Assembly (NCBI GenBank): GCA_963693365.1
Contig: CAVNZM010000005.1
Location: 3,595,716 to 3,659,715 of the forward strand
From: Amoebidium appalachense
Lineage: Eukaryota; Protista; Ichthyosporea
DNA length: 64,000 bases
Direction: 5' to 3'
A program made the position numbers and the translations under genes. Positions 1-12,223 of the stretch are shown here, one piece after another (positions within the stretch are counted from its first letter, which is position 1; each line of letters begins with the position of its first letter). The notes beneath the pieces were generated by a model, which saw nothing but the letters and a program-made list of their open reading frames with translations, was not told the origin of the DNA and searched no databases.

Positions 1-1275
1 TACTCGAAAAGGCAAATGAACTTGAAGGGGGTAATAGAAAATATTCAATTTTGATTGGAGGATCTTCACAAAAACCCACGTGCACTACATCTTCCAAAGG
101 CATGCTTGCTGCAGTGCCAATATTGCAGGCACCAGTAGCCCCTAGTTTGCACTATCATATACCAAAGACATGTTTTGGAAATTGCTGCGTGCTTATGCTT
201 TGTAGACTTGATTTTTTTAGATCCAGCGCTGAACTTCAAGGTAGGCCACGGCAGCTAATTATAACACCGTTCCCCCTAGCAAAACAAATCCATTTCATGA
301 CACAAAATGTATGACTTTATTGAGGTGCTCATAGAAGGTGAAAAGGCGAGATATCGCAGATATCCCGGGGTAAAGAAAAAACCGCCCATGAAAGGAAGAT
401 ACCGGCCCAAAAAAAATACATGTTGTTTTAGATAACATCGTAACGCATAGTACTATATGTACAGCACAACTGATAGAAGTCACCTCGGGAAGAATAGGTT
501 CAGAAATAAAGTTGCAAAGAAAGGAGACAGCTGCAAGAACAAAAAAAAAAAAAAGAAGAAGAAGAAGAAGAAGGAAGAAGCTCAGATGTACACAGGAGAA
601 AGAAGCTCAGGTGTAAACTAACTGGGAGGAGATCACAAGAGAGAGACTAGATTGCCCCATCTGGTCACGAGGATGTAGACATTAAGCTACAATCTGTCAG
701 GAGCCTACGACCAAGCTTCTTAAATGGCAGAGCTCCCCCATAAACCCTGACAATAGAGTAGTCGTTCGATAGGCACTCAAGGGCAATACAGAACTCGCTT
801 GGACACCAGATTAATCCCAGACAAGCCCGCCCGGAGTTCACGTAAACCTGCCTAGGAAATCTAACAGTCAAGCTAGCTGTAGCAAGGCACGCAAAAGAGA
901 AGACGTCTAGACACGTGCACAAGCAGTGTGCGTTCCAACGAGGAAAGGTTCTGCAAAGCTCAGCAACAGCCGCAATGAAAGCTCGTGATTGTGGCTAACC
1001 AGGGAAGCTTCTCGGCGTCCTGCTCAGCCACAAAACCACCCCCAAACAAAATGTTTCACGTCGAGCATGCGCATATGCATGGCCCGGACCGGTTCTAAAA
1101 GACATTTGATAATACGCTTCGCCATTTCACACTGACCTGTTATGAAAAATGGCACTTTTACATTAAGGTTTTATTGTGAACTTTGAAGCAGGTCGGACTT
1201 ATAAAATGCTGCCGCATGATACTTAATGAACGATTTTTGTAGGACCCTATAGGGACCACTATATGCTACATATAT

Positions 1276-1328
<53 letters not shown>

Positions 1329-2259
1329 TAGTGTACATCATATTAGTATACGTATACCTTGCCGGGCATGCAGCAGGCTTTTTTGAGATGAACTCATTGG
1401 AGGTACAGGACTAACCATTGATTTTTTTGGATTTATTCAATACAGATTCGTAAGTACGCACGGAAAACTTTACGAGTTATTCAATAACACGTGCATACTG
1501 AGATACCTGGGCACGGTGTACACTGTGAAAATCATGTCGACATGTAATTTTGAAAAATGGGTATCTGGAGACACAGCTATATGTATCATATTTTACTTCG
1601 CTCAAACTATATGCGAAAGGAATGTGAAACGAAAGTAATGCCTCCACCCCATTGGATTGTCCTGTTTTCCATATATGGTACTCAACACACGTATTCAAGA
1701 GCCAATCGTCATTTTGGCTGTATTTTGTTAGATCTGGGCGGCTCCTATTGGATAACAGTTTTAACTGTCATCTGTGAATGTCATGGCTCTAAGTTTTGTC
1801 GCATTTTGATTCGCTTAAACTCACGTAACAATATTGACACAGAGCTACATTGGAATGTGCAAGGCAGAAAGACTGAAACCGTAGAAGGGTTTGTCCACGG
1901 CCAGACTCTCAGAGTGACAAAACGTGGACAGAGAAAAGTGGAAGCTCAGAGTTCGTTGGAACACAAAAAGGCCCGGTGTAACATTTTTTTTGGCCCCTAG
2001 GACGTCGGTAGGGCGAAACGGTTGGTGTGTTTTTGATTTTTCTTGGGTGTCAAACCACTTTATTGTGTGCGAACACGTAAACTCCCAGTGTGGTGGATGT
2101 GGGACTTGATCAAATGGATGTCTGTGTGCACAGGAAAAAGGGAAAAGGTGCGTAACCATCAGTGAGCGTGAACGTTCGTATTAAGAAAATCAGAAGAGAT
2201 CGTTCTTCCTATCTTATTCTTCTATTCTAGGGTGTCAGGGGAAAAAGGAAGCGGGGGGA

Positions 2260-2290
<31 letters not shown>

Positions 2291-2516
2291 GCATGTGCTT
2301 GTTCTTCACCCGTGGGACCTGAATGCAATATTGCTTTCTTTTTCTCCGATCCTTGGCCGTTTGAGCGTATATATGTAACCCCATATCGCCCATCCCGGGC
2401 CCTACTTATCCTCCTCCAGCTGCCGCCTGCTCCCTCCATCCCCTTTCAAACCCTCCCCCCCCCTCCCCCCCCCCCCCCCCCCCGCGCCTCCTCCCCCCCC
2501 CCTTCCTCCTCCCCCC

Positions 2517-2974
2517 GGTCAATTCTCATATTTTCCCCTCTGATTGCGAATTCTGCGGCCTTCGGGACTTAATTCTTTTCAGCTGGTGTAGTATGTTAGC
2601 CAGGGAAGTATCGACTTAGGTAGCGACGGGGGAGCTTCCTAGAAGCCCCGTCTCCTGAGTTCCTATCTATATTTTTCTTGCTTCTGCTTACTGCTGCAAC
2701 TTTAACCCCCGGCCTTTCCCACTGCCCTTGCCTGCATAAGCAACCCTGCTCGTCTCTGATCAAGACGGGTGACCTACCCATGTTCACGTGAAACAGTATC
2801 TGAGTTGGGTTTCGTTAACGAGGTGAATAGGTCGAAACTCGGGTACTGTGGATGACGTGGGCCCCCCCTGAAAATGGGCTCTGCTTATTATTCATACTCT
2901 TTATGTATGGCTTGCATTCTGCATCGTGTTATCCGTTTGTTCTTGTGTACTTCGTACTTTTTGACGCATTCAAA
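2517..2974 (+). mobile_element. Dispersed repeat, copy A (5'-truncated), of a putative non-autonomous tyrosine-recombinase (DIRS/Ngaro-like) retroelement
   Basis: Near-identical reverse complement of the repeat at 31270-31720 and 53040-53497. Contains GGTCGAAACTC...GGGCTCTGCTTAT, ends TTCAAA, and is flanked by poly-C on both sides. Confidence 0.75.
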
Positions 2975-4301
2975 CCCCCCCCCCCCCCCCCCCCGCAGCT
3001 TTGGCATATTCAATGGTACGAAGGTAGTGGCTTGCGCGTTGCACGCTTCTCTTAATGCACAGGTTGTTTCACTTTATTTCTTTTTGTCAGCTACTGTTTG
3101 AAGTCGTTCGTTTTTTGCTTCGTTTTCTGTCGTTTCTTCAGCCCGTTGGCTCTACCCTGCTTCTCTTCCTCCCACACCCCCACACCCCCCTCCTCCTCAG
3201 CCATGAATGACTCAGGCCTTTATTTTAGTCTGGGCTCTGCTTATGAGACATCCCTGTATGTGTCCTCTGCAATATGTGTCTTGTTGACCGTCACGAATGT
3301 ATATTCCTGTTGTAAGACATCATACCCCTTCCCCCCTTCAACCGTAACCTCCCCCCCTTCCCCCCCCCCCCCCCCCCTCTTCCCCCCTATCACCCATAAC
3401 TCACCCTTCCATCCCCCCAGTCATTTCATGTGTCCCTTCCTGCCTTCATCCTTCTTCTTTTTCCTACTGTTTGACGTTCCGAGGTTAAGCACCTTTTGCC
3501 CCGAGCGTCCCCCCCTCCCCCTCCCCCCACCCCTCACTCTCTCTCTCTTCCCCCCCCCCCCCCTTTCCACACACACACGAACACACATTCTCCTCCCTCT
3601 CCCCTCCCTTCTTCCTAAACACACTCTTCCAACCGCACTCCGCTTCCGTACCCCTCTCCCCCTCATCCACTGAAGGGCACACACACACACTGTCCGACTT
3701 CACACTTCCTGGTTGCTTTCTGTCGGTCTTTCTTTGGAAATGGTCACTTCCCCACATTTGATAAGAACTTAGCACATCGCTTACTCCCTGCCGCCCCACT
3801 CCCTTACTTACAAGCACACCACTTACAACCCCCCTCCTCCCCCCGGCCCCCCGCACACGCACACATACTCACAGCCCCCCCTCTCCCGCTTCCCAGCTTA
3901 CTACAGCACGCCATTCGCACCCGTCACACACACACACACACAGACACAAAAGCCCCCTTTCTCCCGCTGTCCCCCTGCTACAGCCCGCGACACATACACA
4001 TACACACGCACAACACACTTTTGTGTGTCCCTCCCCCGTACCGCAAAAACACCATACACACACAAGACTCCCACACAGCTCTGGCTATAACGGCGCACTC
4101 ACTTGCTCGCCTTTGCCACTCTGTGTCTTGCACAATGTTGAAATATCGTGATGTATATTCGAGTCTTTTCTCTGTGTCCAGCATTGCCCCCCCCCTCCTC
4201 CTCCCCCCCCCCCCCCCCCCCTCCAACACACACACACACACACACCGCAACCACCACCACCACCTTTATCTGTTTACCTGCAAATATCCTCCCCCCCCCC
4301 C

Positions 4302-4339
<38 letters not shown>

Positions 4340-4880
4340 ACCAGCAGCCTCCCCCTGTCTGCCTGCTCATGCACTCACCCGTTCACTTCGAGGACACGAA
4401 CACACAAAAACACTGCAGAAGCAGCATTCTTGATAAATGTTGTGTCGTGTGTTCATGTGTGATTCCTAGTGAAAATGCACTTCATTCGCCTTTTTTGTCC
4501 CTTTTTGGTTGCCTCTTTTTTCTGTTGTTGCTTTTGTTCTTGTGCGTTCAGCTCTCCTTGGCTCGTTTTCCTTCCTTGTTCTCGTTAAGTTGTTGCCAGA
4601 TTTAACTCCTTGCATTCCAGTGAATACTCATACACATGTGGTGTGTGTTTGTTCTACTGTACATACGTTGCTTACCATATTATCGATTCTCAGACCACAG
4701 TGAAGTTTTCAACTAATAACATTTTCCATTTCTTGTACGTGAATGGAGTGCATGCCTGGGCATGTGCAAATATGACACTGTAAGATATTAAAGGATGCCT
4801 CAGGCAGGCAAAGGAACAAGGAATTCGACACCTTTGCATGATTGCGAGTGTGCGACCCCCACGGCCACGGTCACCCACCT

Positions 4881-4917
<37 letters not shown>

Positions 4918-5949
4918 CCCCCCTCCCCGCACCCTCCCATCCACCCCCTTCCTTGTCCTCCACTCGATCCCGACCCCAACCCCAGCTTCACCACCCCTCC
5001 ACAACCTGAAGCAGGACTTCTGCTGACCCCAACCACTCGGTCCAGTCTCACTTCTCGAAAACACCCAGAACTTGACACACACTTATTAGCACGCGGCACA
5101 CACGCATACACCCCTGTGCAGCATGCACCCCCCACTATCACTACTTTAGCCACCTTCTCATTATCGCCTGCTGAACCCCTCCCTCCCCACTCCCCTGCTT
5201 TCCCCCCACCCACCGCATTGCAATCACCACGTATACGTACCACTGGCCACTAATTAAAACCTCGGCACGCTACCAAATTGAATAGGTGGCATCACGGTCA
5301 CTCTCCTTTGACTTAACCACGTGCACGTGGTCCTGATAAGGATCGGTAACCTGTCTTATTAACAGATTATTCGGTCAGCTATGGGGCCTATCTCGACACA
5401 TAAACTTTCCGCTGTACTGACTATGGTCTACTATGGGGTGTGACGAAGATGCACTTATGTTGTTTCTGTGATATCATGTTTGCCAAAAAAAATTGGATCC
5501 AGCCACTGTAATACTTGCTTAACACTGATCGGATGACCTCCCCAATTTTCCCCCCCTCCCCTTCCTCCCCCCCCCCCCCCCCCCCCCCCTTCATTCCCTC
5601 CCCCGAAGCCCTTCACACCCCTTGCCGTTGCCCCTCAGTGCAAGTCTCTTCCGGGCCAAGCTAGCCCTCTTTCCCTCCTTGGATCGCTCAACCCCGTAGG
5701 GGCCTCCGAAGTACCCCCCACCCTCCCCCCCCCCCCCCCCCCTTCCCCCCCCCTCCCCCCACCCACCTGCTTATATTCGAAATTACGGCTCCGGCGTCGA
5801 AACCAAAGGATCTAACCTCCCACCAGCCACCACGTACACATCCCCTTGTCCTCGCCGGCCCTCGTTGCCCCCAGGCCTCCCCCCCCCCCGACCCCCCCCT
5901 CCCGACCCCAGCCCACATACACACACCGTGGCACACACATATGTACATA

Positions 5950-7265
5950 ATTATAAATGTGCACCGTGACAGGGCTGGCTTAACACCTGCAGAGAGCCCG
6001 GTCGTCACCCCAAACACCACTCATATCCGTGCAGGCTCTGCTCGTACCATGGTACAGTAGACACGTGCACGTGTAGCAACACAAGCCCATACATGGCATC
6101 ATGAGCACTTCCTCAACCGTCTGACCAAGGAGTACCTCAAGGAAAGGGCTGGCAAGACGGAGGCCATGTCCGTCCTTAACGACCCCCGTCTACTCCCAGC
6201 AGAGAGGGACCCCCTTAAGCTAAACAAGGGCCCAGCCCAGGCATCGATCCGGGCAGTACGAGGCAACGCCAATTGCAAGAGCCTACTGGCACTGGCTATG
6301 GGCACCCTGCCCACCATGACCAGGCTACACCGAGACCACCCAACCATCGTCACCCAGCCCACATGCCCCAGATGCCACCAGCACCCGGAGACGACAGCCC
6401 ACCTTTGGGCCTGTCCGGTACATGCAGAGGAAGCCCCACCTCTAACCACGGCCATCACGGCGTGCATCTCCGATAAAGTTTTGCACTCCCGGCACCCCAA
6501 GACCCCCACGGCACAACACCGGCAGACAGCGGCCACGGTCACTGCCCAGTGTGAGTGGCTCAAGTGGATTGGAGGGCAGCCTGGCCAACCAGACCCCGAG
6601 GACATCAAGTGGGTCACAAGGGGTTTCTGCCCGCGGTCCGTGGGACCCCTGCTAACAGCCCTCGGCACCACAGAGCCCACGACACGAGTCATCATAGGTA
6701 AAATTACAGTAGAATTGCAAACTTTTTTCCTCTAAATGTTGGACACCACGTAATACGACCCTTCCACCCACACACCCCAAAATGCACCAACACAAACACC
6801 CCAACACCACACGAAAACAGAGAGGTAGAGCCCCACCGAAACCCAAACCACACACACACGCACCCCCAACACACACACAGCCAGCATGCCAAACCTGCAG
6901 ACACACCCACAGAACCAACCAATCACAATAGGCTCCTCAGGACCACTACACCGTAGCCACACTCTCTAGTAGAACACCACATTCTGCTAGGTAGCCACCC
7001 ACCACCACCAGACCCCACCATCCATCCATATCCCCCGTAGGCCCCACCCACATCACACCACACATTCCACCACTTTAGACGAACCAATGAGAGCCCGATT
7101 TTAAAGTTTATTCGTAAGTCTTGGGTGGAGGGGAAGCCTGGTGCTACCCACCGGCGTGGCTGGGGTGAATACCCTGGGCAAGCCTTGAGTACTGTCGGTG
7201 CTGGGTGGAAGACGGTAGTTCCCCCTGTGGGCCCAAGAGGTCCCTCCGGGAACAAAACGGGATAA
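5950..7265 (+). mobile_element. 5'-truncated non-LTR retrotransposon (C-terminal zinc-knuckle region plus 3' UTR)
   Basis: ORF 6166-6735 contains CPRCHQHPETTAHLWACP, a CCHC zf-RVT-type motif typical of the non-LTR ORF2 C-terminus. The 3' UTR ends AACAAAACGGGATAA followed by (TA)n, and the same end recurs at 37617-37785 (-). The 5' boundary is approximate. Confidence 0.75.
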
Positions 7266-7781
7266 TATATATATATATATCATGATAAAAGCATCATGAG
7301 CAAGTCGAGCTGCAAAGAGGGCACCTGCTGTACCCTGAAGTCTTTTTGGGTGGGTTTATTCCGGAATGATTCAGAAGTTCAGGTACCAGTATTAGTACCC
7401 ATTTTGGTGGATGTTATGGTTTCATTCAGCCTGTGCACGTGTCCTTGGCATTCATGGACTCCGAGGATAGTATGGCTATGTGAGGGGGCCTGAGAAACGT
7501 TATCCGTGGGGGAGCGGCGGGAGAAGGGGGGGGGGGGGGGGGGTGGAGGGGGGGGGGGGTGCAGGGGAGCCTCCGGGAGGGGGGAGGGGGGAGGGGAAGG
7601 GGGGGGGGGGGGAGGGGGGAGGCGGGGGGAGAGAGGAGGGGAGGGTCCCAATCATTGTGCCCAACTGGTATCAGAGCCAAGTTGGGGTGTTGCTATTTCT
7701 CAGACTAATGCTGACATAGTGTCCAGCTGCAACCTTTCGGCCATGCTACTTCCCTCTTCCGGCTGGCCAAGGATTATTACA

Positions 7782-7818
<37 letters not shown>

Positions 7819-10800
7819 CCCCCCGCCCCTCGCCACCCACCCCCACATTAGCACAACATACCATCCGAGTAAAAGCCCAGCCCCCCAGCCCCCCCCCCCC
7901 CCCCTCCCCCCCCCCCCCCCCCCCTCCCCCCCCCCTCCCCCCCCCCCCTCCCTTCACCCCACCCCTCTCCCCCGCCCCCAATTTTCCTCCCCCTTGGGAA
8001 CCCTACCAGCACACCACCTTTTCCGTCCAATCCCAAACCCAACCCAAGCTGCACAATTATCTCCCAAAAAGCCATCCCCAACTGTCGAAGGGATCATGTA
8101 CCTAACTCAGACACAAGCATTTAGATGATTCTGTCTCCATGAAACTACTAGGATTTTTCATCCCCAGCAACCGCGCGGCATCCCTTGCACACAATAGGTG
8201 TGGTGGTCATCCAGTCCGATCCAGGCTCATTTGCCCTTCCCCTCCCCAGTCTCCCCATGGGCTTCCCCATCCCCTGCTTCTACAGCAGCCAGCAATCAGG
8301 CCCATCCGACCCCGTCATTCCTTGTCAGCTTTGACATGTTTGTTTAAGCTCCCCCTAGATCCTCCCCCCCTCCCCCCCCCCCCCCCCGCCCCTCCCCTCC
8401 CAGGCGCCACTCACCCCCTCCCCCCCCCCCCCCCCCCCCCCCACCCACCCACCAACCCCCTCCCATCCCCCACCCTCTCTCTCTCTCTCAAAAAAAAAAA
8501 AAAAAAAAAAAACTCGGAAAAAAAAGGAAAAAGAAACAAAAAAAGACTCCCAATACACGAAGCACCTTGTGTTTGCCCTCGAGCTCCCACGTGCTAAACC
8601 TGCCCAACTCTCCTTCGTCCTCCCCCCCCCCCCTCCCTCCCCCCTCGCTCGCTCGCTCACCCGCCCGCCCTAACCCACCGCCTGCAAACAGCCCCCGGAG
8701 GGATTTCCATAGTTTACTCCCTCCCTCCCTTACCATCTTCCCCCGTACCTCGTTAAGTCAGCCACTGCTTTCCGGTACATTGCTAAACTATGATGCAGAA
8801 CCCCCCCCCCCCCCCCCCCAAAAAAAAAAAAACTTTAGTATTCAATTGCAATTGGCAAGGATCGCGTCAAATATTTTTTCAGGATTCGCTGAAAAGCCAC
8901 CTGCATTCAATTGGCCCGCTGTGCAGCCGGCATAGTCTAAAGCAGGTGAGAGGAATGGGGGGGGGGGGGCAATAGGAGGCAGGGACCTTCATCCCAAGCA
9001 TCACGTACATTGCATTGTTGTCATGGTTTCTGGTTTGTTGATCAAATCTAGAGAAACACAAATCGAAGGAGGGATAGAATGATCAAAGGCCGGGTTGCTT
9101 GCATCTTCTCCCTAGGTTGGGGGTTTCCCATAAGCCCGGTTCAACCCAGGGAAGTACGCCTATGGAAATGCCAGGTTTTTTTTTTCTTTTTTTTCTTTTT
9201 TTTCTTTTTGCCCCTTCTTTTTCGGCCTGGGCTTATTCTATGCTACATTTGAGGTTTTTATCAGGTCGGGCCCTCCGTGATTAGTGGAGTGGGAGACATG
9301 GCGGGGGTAGGAGACGGGGCAATGGGGACGGGGATTGGGAACATTCAAAGTACCCCTGCTCTTACTACACCACACCACCGATACAGCAAACTCATGCCTT
9401 TCTGAACGCGACCCTATTTAAAGTCCCCGGGCCTCTGTATTCGAAACCCCTCTAACACCACTCCCTGCCCCTTTTGCCACCCCTTTACGGCCTAGATCCC
9501 CCTCCCACCCCAGCTATCTATTCCTGGGTAGACGGGAAGTACATGTAAGATATAGAAACCATGGATGAATGCCATGTGTGAGTTTCAGGTGGCCAGCATT
9601 AACATCGGTATACTTGGAGCTCCTGGTGGGAGATGGGCCCTGGGCCGCACGGGGGGAGGGGGGGGGGGGGGGGGGGGGGGGGGAAGGGGAGGGGGGGCTC
9701 CGGGCTGTGGGCAGCGAGAAACGGGGGCAGCTGGTATTGTGACTAAACCGCTGCTTCGACCAACAACATAACTGATCAAACTTTATACTTTAATCCCCCC
9801 CCCCCCCCCCCCCCCCACACACCCTCCTTGCCTGGGCCGCGAGGCTCCCTACCCACTCACCCGTCCAGCTCCTACGTACCGGCCCCAGGCATAATCCTAC
9901 CCTCCCCTCACTCTTGCTTGGGGGGGGGGGGGGGGGGGGGGGGGGAGGAAGGGAGGGTAGGGATCAGCCAGGGGCCTACCAGGTTGGTGATTAGGTGGTA
10001 CTGTGTGTGATTTGGACCTTGTGGTGACCGGTGGTGATGGTGGTGGTGGTGGTGGTGGGGTCGGGGGGAAGGAGGGGGAGGGAGGCCCATTTTTTTGTTT
10101 TTCTTATTTTTTTTCTTTTTTGTGGGGACCGGGGGGGAGGGGGGGGGGGGGAGGGGGAAGGAAGCCGGGGGAAGGGGGGGGGGGGCATATCCAACAAGAT
10201 TCTCTTGAACGCCGCATTCCGGCACTGCATATTGCACCTTACCGGGGAACAACAGCACACATATTTTGTTGAGATTATTGTCACATATATATGGCATTCT
10301 CCAGAATGCAACAGTTGGTATTTTACTTCTAGCATGGTTGGCTGAGCTCTTCTTATATGCTGAAGCATTGATCGTAGTGGTTGACCGTTTTAAACCGTAC
10401 ACCATGTGCTGTCAAAGGTAGTACATTGTCAAAGCTAGGGAACTTCGTTCGGTAACACATTTTGTAATACTCGTGACTTATAACCCATGGCTCACCGAAG
10501 GATTTCCAAGGGCAACAAACCGTACTTAAAACAGTCAGCTGTGCCTCTACCGGTCTGTTTACATACCTGTACTGTGTGCACACATATACAGACTTGAGGG
10601 TTTTCGACCACCTACCCTGTTGGGGGGGGGGGGGGGGGGGGGGGGGGGGAAGGGGAGGGTTGGCTAGAATGCCCATCAGGTGTTGTGTACTGTGTGCACA
10701 GGCGTCTGTATTTGATGGAATCCAAGCAGGAAGGGGAGGGGGGGAGGGGGCTTGGTCAGAAAGCCCGTCGTGTCCAAGAAGTTGTGGCGGTACAGTTCTA

Positions 10801-10895
10801 CTCATGCACACTGCTTGCACTCATTGAGTGCCGAATAACAGAAAACACCGTTCAGCCAAACCGGAAATCCGAGTGTTTTGGGCCGTTGTCTCCTG

Positions 10896-11089
10896 AGCAT
10901 GATAATAATGCTTTTTGCTCAACAATTAAGCTTCTCGCTTAATAATTATGCTTTTGCTTAATAATTAAGCTCCTGGCATAATAATAAGCTCGAGCTTAAT
11001 AATTAAGCAAAAGCATAATAATTAAGCTTTTTGCTTAATAATTAAGCTTTTTGCATAATAATTATGCTAAAAGCGAGTTTATTAAGCTC
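10896..11089. repeat. AT-rich array of pseudo-palindromic GCWTAATAATTAWGC units (foldback/MITE-like)
   Basis: About 9 imperfect copies of a 15-bp pseudo-palindrome separated by short A/T runs, ending next to a poly-G tract. Confidence 0.7.
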
Positions 11090-11503
11090 GTGTGGTTGGC
11101 CCCTCGGGGGGGGGGGGGGGGGGGGGGGGGGGCATCCACCGCGAGACACAAATTCATAGATGCATTTGCAGGAACACACACTCGACTCGCATTGATGGCA
11201 GGCACACATACACGTGTGCAAAAGCACACACAAGCCATTAAGTGAGCAGCCTGGTATAGTGAACAGCCTTGTATATGAAACAGTGATCATGTCTGCATAT
11301 TTGCACACATTAAGGACCCCGTGATGGCCTGAAATTTTGCCCCGATGTATAATCCACGGTGCATAACCATTTACTATCCCCACGGGCTAGCACAATCAAT
11401 GTGCACATTGGTCTGAGCTCTTATTTTGTGACAGCGCTTTGCTCAATTCGCCACGTTTTTACATATCAGCATAGCCAAAAAAGGCACTTATTTCACATAA
11501 CTA

Positions 11504-11544
<41 letters not shown>

Positions 11545-12005
11545 GGGGAACCCCAACTAATTGATTTCTCCTTGTAGTCTTTATGGTGTCTCGCAGAGAA
11601 AGTAAACCCTGATATATAGTCACCACCCGACATCTATGTACGTGATCATGATATACCGCTGAGGGGATATTCCGAGCAAAACCCCCCCCCCATACCTGAG
11701 ACTGGTTCTCTTTGCCTCGAGTAAACAGCGTAAACCCCCATAACTATATATGAATGTGCTAGTTCAACTTGACACAAGTCAATATCTCACAATTACAACA
11801 TTTAGGAGTGTCACAGGAAAGTTTTTGAAATGGGTGATTCTAATCTAAAAGAGCATCACATCACTTTAGTTCAAGTAAGTAGATTGACTTGTAGAAGTAT
11901 CGCATAACAACATTAGTCCGAGCTTGTTGAACAACACAGTATACACCGGCCGATAGTGAAAGAGTCTGGGAACCCAAGCATACGTGTCCGTGGCCGTGCA
12001 CACGC

Positions 12006-12058
<53 letters not shown>

Positions 12059-12223
12059 CGTGTGTCGACAGCCAGGGCGGTGAAGCCGGTGGGGAAGGGA
12101 TGGTGCATGGAGAGAAGAGGAGGGGAGAAGGGCCGGGGGAGGCACGATGAAGAGGTAAAGAGAAACGGCGGGGGAGGGGGGGAGGGAGGGGGGAAAGAAA
12201 GATAGAGAACCAACCAAATCCAG

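Noticed and set aside
413-453. KIHVVLDNIVTHST, resembling the IS630/Tc1 second-Asp motif
   Set aside because: Isolated short match with no surrounding DDE context or TIRs.
665-922. ORF with LIWCPSEF, resembling a retroelement RNase H
   Set aside because: Too degenerate, and the catalytic residues are not recognisable.
5975-6010. TTAACACCTGC...GCCCGGTC, resembling a twister ribozyme
   Set aside because: The required pseudoknot pairings could not be built, and it lies in probable decayed LINE sequence.
9400-9465. B-box-like GGTTTCGAATAC on the minus strand (tRNA or SINE head)
   Set aside because: No cloverleaf and no properly spaced A box.
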